Shown piece after piece: positions 51,849 through 64,000 of a stretch of 64,000 nucleotides of DNA. Origin of the DNA: Somniosus microcephalus. Its lineage: Eukaryota. The stretch lies in assembly GCA_052327205.1 (NCBI GenBank), contig CM126221.1, positions 43,338,001 through 43,402,000 of the forward strand. The letters run 5' to 3'. Each line of letters starts with the position of its first letter. Within the stretch, counting starts at the first letter, position 1. Made by a program: the position numbers and the translations under genes. The notes under the pieces were generated by a model. It did not search any database, was not told the origin of the DNA, and was given only the letters and a program-made list of their open reading frames with translations.

Positions 51849-52186
51849 CAGGAAACTTTCTGGTATCCAGCACTGACTGGACCAAGCTGGTGCCGGTCGA
51901 TCAACACTGCCGGAGAAACCAGCGCTAATGTTAAAACATACGGAGCTTCTGAGCTCCATATCTAGCAACAAACCCTGTTGCTTAGCAACAGCTTCAAAAC
52001 AGTCGGCGCAGCTTGCAAGCGTCTCTGTAGCTAAGCAACAGCTTCAGCTAGAAGCTTGCAGAGCCAGGAATGGAGGGAAAAAAAAGCAACGAAAAGTAAA
52101 AAAAAGTTATCTGAACCGACTCCTGAATTTTGCCGGTGGATAGAGCATTCCGGAGATTTAACCTCCGTTTAAACGAAAGTTTCCTG
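51849..52186. mobile_element. Tc1/mariner-pogo (Tigger-like) MITE, copy 3
   Basis: TA|caggaaactttc ... gaaagtttcctg|TA. Confidence 0.85.
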
Positions 52187-52339
52187 TATTCTTAATTTAA
52201 TCTCATTATTTAATCTTTTTATTGTGAGTAAAAGCTGCACAATATCACGGTAAGAATAAAAGAGAACAAATTTTTTTGTTGAATTCCACAAACATTATTT
52301 TGGGGGGGAAATACACAGAAACCTGCAGATAATTCATTG

Positions 52340-52790
52340 TGTGTCAGCCATTGGTAGCACTCTCACCAATGAGTCAGGAAATTGTGGGTTCAAGTCCCAC
52401 TCGAGACTTGAGCACAAAATCCAGGCAGACCTGTGATAGTGCAGTATTGAGGGGGTGCTGCACTGTCGGAGGTGATATCTTTTGGATGCGGCATTAAACC
52501 GAGGCTCTGTCTTCCCTCTCCGTTGCACATAAAAGATCCCACACCACTATTCAAAGAAGAGCACTGGAGTTCTCCCCGGTGTTCAGGCCAATATTTATCC
52601 CTCAACCTAAAGCAGATTATCTGGTCATTATATCATTGCTGTTTGTGGGATCTTGCTGTGTGCAAATTGACTGCCAAGTTTCCTACATTACAACAGTGAC
52701 TACACTTCAAACACACTTCATTGGCTGTAAAGCGCTTTAGGGCGTCTTCAGGTCGTGAAAGGTGCTATATAAATGAAAGTCATTCTTTTT
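52340..52790 (+). mobile_element. tRNA-derived SINE with Deu-like central domain and L2-derived tail (SacSINE1-like)
   Basis: tRNA-like head (tggtagcactctc..gggttcaagtccc), central gtgctgcactgtcggagg..ttaaaccgagg, tail ctgtaaagcgcttt..gctatataaatg. Confidence 0.8.
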
Positions 52791-53594
52791 CACTAATAAT
52801 AGAACTTTACCATCGTGATAGGTTAAACAAAACTTGAGGATATTAAGGATTTTTGAGAGTTTGCAAATACTGGGACAACATTTTAACAAGGCAGAGTAGC
52901 GGGAATTATCTGAATTCCATATGCCTGATTATGTTAACCAGATTCAAGTACTGCTTAAGAAATGCTGTATTGCCAGTAATCCAATGAACGATCCAATAAA
53001 GGTTACAGTGAAATAACGTTCCACTACAGGTGTACCTCCATATCCATAAAGCAAGAATTGAGGAAGGACTGGTGGATTTAGTAATCTTTTCTAACATAAG
53101 AGTAAACACATTTTGCAGTTTATTGTGTGCATTTTTATCCAGTACAGTTCTGCTATTAGGCATATTGACTGCAAAGCATCTGAATGTCCTTCCTTCCTCC
53201 TTTATTTATCTCTCTCATATTTCACACCATTCCCTGGTAAGAAAGCAGGGAGGTTACCTGCTCCCACTCTTAATGCAGCTACTAGGAGGTGCACCAGAGT
53301 AGGCATGTGTGCTTGCTTATCGCTTCCCAGACGCCATGGATGGCACCAGAACCACTGGCCCATGTCTTGCCACTCTGAAGTACAGTAGTTTGGCACACAA
53401 GCTCACTGACCATGACATCCTGTTTGAATAGTGGGTGCTTGATAGTTTTTTTTCTATATTCTGAATGGCTGGATGTTTCTTTGCAGGCCTAAGCTGAAGG
53501 GAGTCTTTTGGGAGATATTTCTGAGAATATGACACAATATTTGTTCTGGCCACATGTATATTCTGACTGATTGTGAGTTTTTTTTTCTCCACAG

Positions 53595-53750
53595 CATAAG
53601 GTGGAGGGTGCCCTGCTGGCACTGGGTCAGTTTCAACATGCATTGGCTGAACTTATGTCCTGGCTGAATCATACAGAGGAACTGCTGGAGGCACAAAGAC
53701 CAATTACTGGGGATCCAAAAGCCATAGAAATTGAACTTGCCAAGCATCAT
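53595..53750 (+). CDS. MACF1: MACF1 exon ([17 protein letters not shown]...ELAKHH)
   Basis: cacag| ... CAT|gtatg, 156 nt. Confidence 0.95.
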
Positions 53751-54600
53751 GTATGTCAAAATAATATATTCATAACACCAAGTAGATCTGCCTGCAAAAT
53801 ATTTATCTTAAATAACCATATATTGTGCCATAGAATAATATATAACTAATATCAAGTTACAAGGTAATATTAAGAGTTTTGGATGATGCCTTAAATCAAG
53901 AAAACATGGCTGTTTTATGCATTATGCGTGTTGTATTAATGACACTTTCATTACAGCCTTGAACTCCCTCTTAAATTTAGGTTACATTTTTATTTATGTT
54001 TTAAGATCCATCATAGAGCTGTACCCGCTCAACATTCTCTGCTGCATGCACTCTTCTGTCAGTGTGTGTATAGTATAGTGTAGGACGGTAGAGTTAATCT
54101 TGTACAGTGTCAAAAATTAATCATGGCTGAATTCACCTTTTGAGGTTGGAAGGTAGGGAGAGAAGAATCAAGAATGCATGGCCATGATGGCTGAACGTTC
54201 AATTACTGATGGTGAAGCTGAGGAAGGGGGGAGGGTATTCCGAAGGCCATTATCAGAAGAGTAAGGGTGCAAACTGGAGGATTGGGAGAGGTTGCGAAGG
54301 TAGGTGGAGGGGGTGGGGTGAGGCCACAGAGCAAATTGTGCAGACAGTGTAGATTTTTAAAGCAGCTTGTTGGAGGATGAGAAGCTATTTGGAGGGTGAT
54401 GGCTGGACTTAGTATGGGATAGGATCGAGATGGCAGAGTTTTACACAAGTTGGAGCTTCTGTAAGATAGACCTCAGGAGGCCAGAGAAGTGTAGGTGTCA
54501 GAGGGACCACCTGCCTTTTCCCTACAGATGCTGAGGATCTGCTATGTATTTCCAGTGATTACTGTTTTATTTTCAGTAACTGGAACTTTAATTCCCACAG

Positions 54601-54798
54601 GTCCTGAAGAATGATGTCCTTGCCCACAAGTCAACAGTCGACACTGTAAATAAAGCTGGGAATGAGCTTCTAGAGTCGAGTGCTGGGGAGGATGCCAGTA
54701 ACCTGAAGCGTCGACTGGACAAGTTAAATCAGAACTGGCAGTCGCTGCTTCAGAAAACTGAAGGGAGAGAGCAGCAACTCGAGGCTGCTCTGCAGCAG
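54601..54798 (+). CDS. MACF1: MACF1 exon ([20 protein letters not shown]...EAALQQ)
   Basis: cacag| ... CAG|gtatg, 198 nt. Confidence 0.95.
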
Positions 54799-55069
54799 GT
54801 ATGGAATGGGAGGAGGATACAGGAGGCATTGGTTTTTAACACTTGCATTAGGCAAAGACAAATTACTACATGGCACTGCTTATGATGCTGTCTTACAATA
54901 ACGAGGTAATGCACAATATATTTTATGGTACTACAGTACACTTAATCTATAATTGCCCCCTCTATTCATCCTGAGGCCAATTGCAAATTAATTGGCATAG
55001 ATCAAGGAAGTTTGCAGACTGCTGGGCACATGCGAATTTCTGGCTGTAGGTCAACCTGTAAGCCTCAAC

Positions 55070-55870
55070 TGCCGCTTATGGTAAAGCATTCCATGTTCTT
55101 AAAAGCCTTTTATGAAAAGAAATTCCTGTAACTTCCCTTCATTCTTCTAGTGATCCTGAGTTTAAGCTCATCATTCGCCAATCAATGGAAATAATCTTTC
55201 ACTATTTGCCCTCTTAAAACTCTTCATAATTTTGAAAATCTGTTAGATCCTCCCTTAACTGGCTTTGTTCCAGTGAAAGTCTTAATTTTTCCAGCAGTCT
55301 TTCATAACAAATCTCTCATTTCTGATATTCTAATCAATATTTGCGCATGGCTAAAATATTTGTCCTAGAATGGAGTTCCCCGAATCGGCAACTATGGCCT
55401 AACCAGTGTCTTCTACAATGTTAGCATCACTTCTGATTTTGTATTCCATGTCCCTATATATAAAACATAGAATCTCTTTTTTTTTGCATCTTCTATGGCA
55501 GCTGTTAAAGATCTGTGTATCTGTACCCTTGGATCTCTCTGTTCCTCCACTCTGTTAAGAATTCTGTAGCTTAGGGTACACTTCAATTGTTTCTTCCAAA
55601 ATGTACTACTGTAGTTCTCTGCATTACACTGCATCAGCCACTTATCTGCCCGCTCTACTAACCTGTATTCTGCATTGTTCGCCACAGTTTGCCATGCCAG
55701 CAAACTTCAACATCATTCCACTTATGCCTATGTCCAAATAATTTGTATAAATTGGAAATAAAGCATGTCACAGCACAGGTGCAGGGCTCACCAATACCAA
55801 CCAATCTGAAAGATGTCCATTCACCCGTAGTCTTTGCTTTCTGTCCCCTACCCATTTCTCTCCATACAGC
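55070..55870 (-). mobile_element. Highly degenerate CR1 fragment
   Basis: Minus translation RLVERADKWLMQCNAE..VEEQRDPRVQIHRSL. Confidence 0.65.
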
Positions 55871-56231
55871 TCCATTCACCTTAATATGTACCTTCATTTT
55901 CGCAAGAAATGACTGCCCTTTTTCATATAATTTTGGTACTTTGAGGTGTGATGATTGCTCTTAGAACTTTTAGGTAGCCACAAATGTAGATTTTTTTTGT
56001 GCACTTTATGATTACTTAAGTTCTGATCTAATTTGAGTTAATCTTAAATGTGTGCTTCAGTACAAATGAAATAACAAAGTAGCTATTTCAGGTATAAGTA
56101 AAACCTTCTTCCATGGTACTTTCATCTACTGAATTCTGCTGTTATTGACGTTTGATTTCTGTTTTATCAGTAGACATTAGCGGCCTTTATTAGTCAACTA
56201 CTTTTTCTGAACGATGCCTCTTGTTTTGTAG

Positions 56232-56360
56232 GCTGAAGGATTTCATGGAGAGATTGAGGACTTTTTGCAGTGGCTGAGCCGAGTTGAGAATCAGTTGGCA
56301 GCATCTAAATCCACTGGAGGTTTACCTGAGACAGCCCGGGAGCAACTCAACGCACACCTG
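56232..56360 (+). CDS. MACF1: MACF1 exon (AEGFHGEIEDFLQWLSRVE...GGLPETAREQLNAHL)
   Basis: tgtag| ... CTG|gtaac, 129 nt. Confidence 0.95.
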
Positions 56361-57893
56361 GTAACGAGTTTGGTTATCTCCTTCAGAAGCGAAAGATTTA
56401 ACTAAACAATGTCCTTTATTATTTTCATATGATGGAATTTAATTGGACTTTTGTGTTTTAAGTATCTCCTTTTAAGGTATCCATATGTAGTCTATAGGAG
56501 TTTCAATGCTGTCTTTTATTCAGGCATTTAGTAGCATTTCATATGTGTGCTGCATTCTTTATCTAAATCATTCTAACCAAACATTCAGTGTATTTCATGT
56601 AACTCTTATGGTGGGAAAAGTAGCTCACTGAAGGCAGAAAAGGGGTGGGAAGAAATAGATCAGATTACAGAAACGAAATTCAAAGGCAAGTTCACAGTAA
56701 CAGAACTAGACTTGTCAACTCGTCCAGCTGTGAGAACATCATGGACATTCATCTCATTTAATGGCTGCCATTGAAAATTTGTTGCAGAAGTAGTCAGCCA
56801 TGCATGAGATAAATCTTAAATGGCCACAGTCCGACACTGTTAATCTAAATCTCACAGGCACCCCACCCAAAATGACAGTATAAATCCTGATTTAACAATT
56901 CAAGAGTTTAGACTCCTAAAATATTTTAAACGCTAAGCCTCATATGACGAGACAGCCCACAAAGATGCTTTGACCAGAATCAAGGAGGGGCTTATCCCAG
57001 CTACAAGCTCAACAGCTCATGTATCAGAGCTTTTGGCAGAAGACCTCATTGAAAAAACAACTCATTTATACATTGTTCTTCCAGTTTATATCACTCATTT
57101 ACAGCACTTTTCCCTGAGCAAGCTTTTACCAGTACTTCTCTGCAGCTGGTCACTACGATGTGCTCTAGAGTCGTGCCAGTCGATTTGTTTTCCCCCTTCC
57201 AGATTAATCTTGGGAACTCTCCCAGAGATCATGGTGCAGACAATCCATCACCTTGTGGCATAGTGTACTTATTGCTGTTTTTACAAATCGCATTGAGTTC
57301 CCCATCACGATCCAAAGAACACAAAGACTGTTCAATATAAACTTGAACCAGTCAGATTAATGCACAATATCAGCCAATGTTCTTAAACTTTTGGGGCTGA
57401 AATTGTGATGTGCAATATTAATGTGTTAATGCCATTGTATGAAATCCATCTACTGTTTCATTTTATGAAAAGAGTGGACAGTGACATTTTATTAAAATGC
57501 ATTGAGGTGTTTTTTACTAATTATGCACAGTGCACTTTCTCTTCGTCTCTTGAATGTTTATATTTTTAAGGAGTACAAAGCGCAAGATGTGAACCAGCTT
57601 TCCTGTGCATTTAAACATCCCAGAGTAAAACACCAGCTCTATTATGACGCTAATCAGTTACAGATGTTTGCCAATGTATTCTGCTGTAAATAATGTGACA
57701 CAAAATTATACAGTGATTTCACAAAATATATGTATGTAAAAGGTCTTCTACAGTAAACATAAATATTAAAATAAAGGGAAAAAACTTGAGTGAAGAGAAA
57801 CTGTTTACTGACTATGCTAACAATAGACAAATAATAACATTTCAGTCGACAATCAAGCACAAGGACTGGTTTTAAAGATTGCTTTTTTTTTAG

Positions 57894-58064
57894 GAACTCT
57901 ATACGGAGTTTTGTGCTAATGAGGAGACGTACAAAAACCTGCACGAGAAAGGCCGGCTGTTGCTGTGTAGCCGTGATGGCACTACAGGATCTAATGTTGA
58001 ACAGTGTGTGGCATTATTAGAACAGAAGTGGCAATTGATGAGCACAAAGATGGAGGAAAGGAAG
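57894..58064 (+). CDS. MACF1: MACF1 exon (ELYTEFCANEETYKNL...KMEERK)
   Basis: tttag| ... AAG|gtagg, 171 nt. Confidence 0.93.
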
Positions 58065-58265
58065 GTAGGAGGGCCAGCAATATTAGCAACATCAACAGTG
58101 TGAGGAGAGGAATGTTTTTTTAAAAAAAAGGTATACCACCATTATTCTCAGTAGGAGGACAAAGACTTATAATATGGAGAACAGCAGTGTTAGTTCTTGG
58201 TGTATTTAATGTTTCTCTCCAGCACGCGTAGATTTTATTGAACTTCTCCCATTTTTCTTTTTCAG

Positions 58266-58421
58266 ACCAAGCTGGAGGAGGCTCTCAATCTCGCAACAGA
58301 GTTTCAGAATTCCTTGCAGGATTTCATTAACTGGCTTACACAGGCAGAACAAAGCCTGAACATCGCAGCTCCTCCTAGTCTTATACTCGATACTGTCCTT
58401 TTCCAGATTGATGAACACAAG
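58266..58421 (+). CDS. MACF1: MACF1 exon ([24 protein letters not shown]...IDEHK)
   Basis: ttcag| ... AAG|gtatt, 156 nt. Confidence 0.95.
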
Positions 58422-58554
58422 GTATTGGAGTTCTGGATTAGTCTTTGTATAGAGGGAGCTAGGGATGGCAGACTCATGTGGGGGACTGAGGATGGGAAAA
58501 GCAGTATTGCCTCACCCCAGGGGATTAGGAATGGCAAGACTGTTTCATTTTACA

Positions 58555-60105
58555 TCTTGGGATGGGAATGGGGTGACTGCTCAATACTGGGGATGGAAAT
58601 GGGATGACTGTCTGGGTTGGGAAGGGGGTGACTGCTCGATACCCGGAATGGGATGACTGCTTGATACTGGGAATGGGGTCACTGCCTCAATACTGGGGAT
58701 GGGAATGGGGTGAATGCCTGAAACTGGCGATGGGAATGGGGTGACTGCCTCGATACTGGGAATGGGGTGACTGCTCGATACTGGGTATGGGATGACTGCT
58801 CGATACTAGGAATGGGATGACTGCCTCAATACTGGGGATGGGATGACTGCTCGATACTGGGAATAGGGTGACTGCCTCGATACTGGGGATGGGGTGACTG
58901 CACGATACTGGGAATGGGATGACTGCTCGATACTGGGAATGGGGTGACTGCCTCGATACTGGGAATGGGGTGACTGCTCGATACTGGGAATGGGATGACT
59001 GCTCGATACTGGGAATGGGGTGACTGCTCGATACTGGGAATGGGGTGACTGCCTCGATACTGGGAATGGGGTGACTGCACGATACTGGGAATGGGATGAC
59101 TGCTCAATACTGGGGATGGGATGACTGCTCGATACTGGGAATAGGGTGACTGCCTCGATACTGGGGACGGGGTGACTGCCTCGATACTGGGAATGGGGTG
59201 ACTGCACGATACTGGGAATGGGATGACTGCTCGATACTGGGAATGGGGTGACTGCCTCGATACTGGGAATGGGGTGACTGCTCGATACTGGGAATGGGGT
59301 GACTGCTCGATACTGGGAATGGGGTGACTGCTCAATACTGGGAATGGGGTGACTGCTCGATACTGGGAATGGGGTGACTGCTCGATACTGGCTATGGGAT
59401 GACTGCTCGATACTAGGAATGGGATGACTGCCTCAGTACTGGGGATGGGATGACTGCTCGATACTGGGAATAGGGTGACTGCCTCGATACTGGGAATGGG
59501 ATGACTGCTCGATACTGGGAATGGGGTCACTGCCTCAATACTGGGAATGGGAATGGGGTGACTGCCTGAAACTGGGGATGGGATGACTGCTTGATACTAG
59601 GAATGGGATGACTGCCTCAATACTGGGGATGGGATGACTGCTCGATACTGGGAATAGGGTGACTGCCTCAATACTGGGAATAGGGTGACTGCCTCAATAC
59701 TGGGAATGGGGTAACTGCTGGATACTGGGAATGGGATGACTGCTTGATACTGGGAAGGGGGTGACTGCCTGAAACTGGGGATGGGGTGACTGCTCGATAC
59801 TGGGAATGGGGTGACTGCTCGATACTGGGAATGGGGTGACTGCTCGATACTGGGAAGGGGGTGACTGCTCGATACTGGGAAGGGGGTGACTGCCTCGATA
59901 CTGGGAATGGGGTGACTGCCTCGATACTGGGAATGGGAGTAGGGTGACTGCTCGATACTGGGAATGGGGTGACTGCCTCGATACTGGGAATGGGGTGACC
60001 GCCTCGATGCTGGGAATGGGAGTAGGGTGACTGCTCGATACTGGGAATGGGGTGACTGCCTCGATACTGGGAATGGGGTGACTGCTCGATACTGGGGATG
60101 ATAAG
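58555..60105. repeat. G-rich minisatellite, ~24-26 bp unit gggaatggggtgactgc(c)tcgatact, about 60 copies
   Basis: Tandem units with variants read directly. Confidence 0.97.
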
Positions 60106-60548
60106 ACTGCAGCAATTCAGGAGACTAAATGTGGGTTGACAGCTGCATCACCTCAAGACCTTTTAAAACATATCAGTGCACCAAAACATTCCTCCATTTT
60201 CTTTACACTTAATAGTTTGTGGAAATACATTAATTGTAATTTAGACAAGAATTTATAAATATTGGAACTATTGTGAAGAATCCTAATCTCAGCTGTGATA
60301 TTGTGGGTTTCCCCACATGGAGAAATGGTGAACAAAAGGGAATGGTCTCCAGGCCACAGTGAGATACTTCCTAATGACTAGCTACAGAGCAGCACTGACG
60401 GAGCTCTTGCATCGAGTTACCTATCTATCCCCTAATGAGGCCTGAGCAGGCAAAAATAAAGAAATACCTCTCAAAAAACACACAGCTGTTGAGATTAGTT
60501 TAAATTTATCTTTAGATGTTTAGCTTAATGCCTGTTACTATTTTCCAG

Positions 60549-60755
60549 ATTTTTGCCAATGAAGTAAATTCTCATCGTGACCAAATCATTGACCTGGATA
60601 AAACTGGAAATCAGCTGAAGTTCCTCAGCCAGAAACAGGATGTGGTTCTGATAAAGAACCTTCTCTTCAGTGTGCAATCACGCTGGGAGAAAGTGGTACA
60701 GCGCTCTGTCGAGAGAGGAAGGGCCCTTGACGATGCCAGAAAACGTGCAAAGCAG
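60549..60755 (+). CDS. MACF1: MACF1 exon ([18 protein letters not shown]...ARKRAKQ)
   Basis: tccag| ... CAG|gtatg, 207 nt. Confidence 0.95.
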
Positions 60756-63465
60756 GTATGCAGAATCAAAGTGAATATGTGCGGACTGGATTTTTACCAA
60801 AAGCACACCTCTGGGAAGATTTGTTGCTTAACTAGTTAAAGACCAAGTGAGAAGAGTAAACTTTTTAATGTAATCAATAGCTGATTAATCACATAGTTCA
60901 AAGTTTATATTCTGTTGTCTTCTCCAAAACCCTTACATGCTCACAGGTCCAAAATGAAGCTCACTGAGCTAGCCATTTTAGTTTTCAGCTCACACACTGT
61001 GCAGCAAACATTAATATGACTATAATAAAGCTACCCAGGTACCAGATGTATCTTGATTACTGTAATAGCTACTAAGTTTTTTTAGAAAAATGTTTTAAAA
61101 TCTTTAATTTGGCCCACGGTCTCTTTTTTTCCTTTTCTTATCCCTCTTTTCTCCCATTTGGTTTATTTCATATTTACTACTTCAATCTTTAGTTTATTTT
61201 TGAACTCTTAAGTCTCAATATCTTCTCCCATTTTTCCTCCATCCTCCTTCTTGAAATCTAGCTCTGGAGTCCCTGTTTAAATATTGCACTGCCCTAAACA
61301 CCAGTTTAACCCCAAAATTTGACTTGTCGTATCACTGCACTTTTCAAGTCAAACTATTATATCAAAATAAGTGAGAATTTGGAACTTCAAATTGGTTGAA
61401 CTAAAATCATTTATTCCACAGGCAAAAACAAATTACCTCATCTGTCTGGCCATAGAGTTAAAAATAACAAAACACTTGAAACTTTCTTATTTCAGTAATA
61501 CTACTAAGAAATGTTTTTAAAGGTTCCACAAAAACAGTTTAATCCACTGATGTATTTTAATAAATTCCTTTGGTGTCCTTTTAGCTTTGCTCCCAGTGTC
61601 TGCAGTAGAGATGACTCTATGGTTTTTCTTCCTCTCCTTAGCTAAAATATGGGTTCATTTTCCATGTTTATTTCCTTTGGGTTGCAAACAGTATTTTAAG
61701 TCATGATCAACAAACTGCTGCTCCCAATGTAAGTCGTTTTTCAGCTATTCTGCCAACCTTGGAACCAAGCAAAAACAGGTCAATAGTTTCAAAAAAAGCT
61801 GAGACAACCCCCAGTAGCCTTCACCCCAAGAACATTCCTTCATTTATATTAGAAGGAACAATAACATATATGTTAAAGCCAGAAGAAGAAGAAATACAAT
61901 TGTTGAAGGCAAAAAATTAGTAATGCAATTTGAACGGGGTCTGTAGATTTGCTGGAGAACCATGCTTTCCTGGAAACAATTGCATTTTTACGTTAACGGT
62001 GATGCATTCTGGTTAATTTACACTTTTTTTATATTTAAAAATTGTAAAGTGACATTTGGACATTGAACAATACTGCCAGACCATCACTTCCAAAAGTTGC
62101 ATCAACATTCTCCCACATCCAACCCACCACACAGAGGTACTCTACCCCCTTCAGATGCAGTTCACAGAGACTGTACCCCATCCAACTTCCCAACCTCTCA
62201 TAGACATACATTCTCCTCTCAAATGCACCCCCCCCCCCCCCCCCCGACATCCTTCTCCCTTTCTCTCCTCTATTCAACCTAGCACTCTTCTCTACCCCCA
62301 CTCAATTCAACCGTGGCACATTGCTCCCACCCATTTCCCCCCTCTCAGTTAATGCAATTTCTTTCCTCAAAGCACCAGTGTCTCCTGAGTCCTCCTGCAG
62401 AGTGCTTCCAGCCACTGCATACAGTAAGGCTGGAACACCTAGTCTCACGAGAATTCATATCCACAATGTGCAGTACTGGGAATCACTTCATAGCAGGACT
62501 TGGGAAAGGAGGTTCAGCCTGCATTGACTTTTGTCAGCGAACTCTGTCTCCAGGACGCCAGCTATTAGCGTGAAATGTTGAAAGTTGGCATATATGAGAG
62601 AAATGTCTTCAAAAAATAGCCAAGACCGAATTCTGACTCAAAATTGTAGAAAGTTATCATATTAGCAGAAGGCAAAGCTCAATACGATATAGGATATCCT
62701 CACGCACTGTTTGATGATTGGAATACAAATTAATTTACTTGATGTACCCATAATGCACCATCACAAAAAATGTATGTCTTTGCTCCCATGTGATCTTCTT
62801 TCAGTGGGGGAGGGAGGAGAACATTTCACCCTGCAAAGCTCTCCAGCAGTCCTGTCAGTACCACTTCTTAATACGCTCTTGGAAATATCCTCGACAGCAC
62901 TCGGCTTATGGTAAAATTTCCCTTGCTCCCTAGGTTATCTCGGCTAAGACTGGTAAAAATTCTGCACTGGAGTAAGGCAGAGTGCCAGAATCAGTCAAAA
63001 TTATGATATCTAGTTTGGAGTCCTTTGCTCAAAACAATTTGTTTGAAATTATTTTTGTTGGCACTTAATACTTTGAGGAACATTTACTATGTCATTTTCA
63101 AATACTGATATGCACTGAACCATTAATAGTGATAAATCCCTTCAGCATAATTTTATTTCTTTACTCAATTTGAGATGTGTCTGGAACTGAAAATAACTGT
63201 TTCAAAATAAAGAGAAACTTAAGTGCAAATATTCAAGCGTACTTTCCCCCATTAGTTTTCTGCCAATTTTCTTTCCAATTTTAGTTTTTGAAATAATTTA
63301 ATTTACACAGCTCCATGGGATCATTGTATCCGTCTGTTTTAATGGTGCAAACACTTTGTGATGGTGCAAGCAAGTGGGTTCTACTGCAGTTTCTCGACTA
63401 AAATGTATATTTTGATTTTGATCCAAGTGAGTTTAATTTAGAGTATTGTGTTTTTATAACCTCAG

Positions 63466-63585
63466 TTCTATGAAGCCTGGAAAAAGTTGATTGACTGGCT
63501 GGAGGAGGCGGAAAACAATCTGGACACTGATCTTGAAATTTCTAATGATCCAGATAAAATCAAATTGCAGCTTACAAAGCACAAG
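63466..63585 (+). CDS. MACF1: MACF1 exon ([16 protein letters not shown]...QLTKHK)
   Basis: ctcag| ... AAG|gtaag, 120 nt. Confidence 0.95.
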
Positions 63586-63777
63586 GTAAGAACCCTGATG
63601 CTCCATTCCATAAAATTGGATCTGATTCTTTTAAGGTTCAAAGCGCAACCTACATTGATTTTTTTCCTTCATTCTGAATGTTCCCCTTGCCTACCCTCTC
63701 TGCTGAGGATGGTGACTCTGGCTGGTGTACTTTTCCACGGGCAGCTTCAGCTCTCCAATGCCTTAACTAAGTGACCA

Positions 63778-64000
63778 GGAAGGAGAGAGAAAACAGGGAA
63801 CTACAGGCCAGTTAGCCTGACATCAGTCGTCAGGAAAATGCTGGAATCCATTGCTAAGGAAGTGGTATCAGGGCACTTAGAAAATCATAACATGATCAGG
63901 CAGAGTCAACATGGTTTTATGAAAGGGAAAATCGTGTTTGACAAATTTATTAGAGTTTTTTGAGGATGTAACTAACAGGGTAGATAAAGGGGGACCAGTG
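63778..64000 (+). mobile_element. CR1 LINE RT region, running off the window end
   Basis: GNYRPVSLTSVVRKMLESIAKEVVSGHLENHNMIRQSQHGFMKGK, then a frameshift. Confidence 0.9.

Larger units (their letters stand above)
3455..63585 (+). other. MACF1: Part of a spectraplakin gene, MACF1/ACF7 (internal spectrin-repeat rod region; gene continues beyond the window)
   Basis: Spliced exons give a continuous spectrin-repeat protein. Segments such as [40 protein letters not shown] and RKKNVDQAIKNGQALLKQTTG match recalled MACF1 better than DST. A nested KIAA0754-like exon is also present. Confidence 0.92.

Noticed and set aside
52340-52410. tRNA gene
   Set aside because: tRNA-like A/B boxes are the head of a SINE; no complete cloverleaf
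58806-60115. Repetitive minus-strand ORFs, and a superficially CRISPR-like array
   Set aside because: Translations of the minisatellite; units are contiguous with no unique spacers, no cas genes, eukaryotic context
14054-63585. Assignment to dystonin (DST/BPAG1)
   Set aside because: Some residues are DST-like (RKSTVE, EPLNEWL), but most diagnostic segments and the nested KIAA0754-like exon favour MACF1; a phylogeny would settle it

Overview
Vertebrate genomic DNA. The repeat content (CR1 and L2 LINEs, Deu-type SINE, Harbinger and Tc1/pogo MITEs) points to a cartilaginous fish (shark). The whole window lies inside one + strand spectraplakin gene, best matching MACF1 (ACF7) rather than dystonin. 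I can place 25 spectrin-repeat exons (14054-63585) with GT-AG borders and consistent reading phase. Upstream of them is a ~3.7 kb open exon (ATG 3455) whose N-terminus MGKPLSRPDCLRR... I recognise as the intron-nested KIAA0754 / MACF1 alternative first exon. It has a phase-0 donor at 7162 compatible with the exon at 14054, a read-through stop followed by AATAAA, a probable N-acylation signal and internal acidic tandem repeats. The introns hold one or two candidate microexons, a candidate recursive splice site, a TIR/TSD-bounded Harbinger derivative with a spliced Myb/SANT gene, several MITE families, a 26-bp micro-inversion in a CR1, and two large G/C-rich minisatellites. No prokaryotic systems, CRISPR arrays, rRNA or intact tRNA genes were seen. 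All homology calls are from recall, not database searches.
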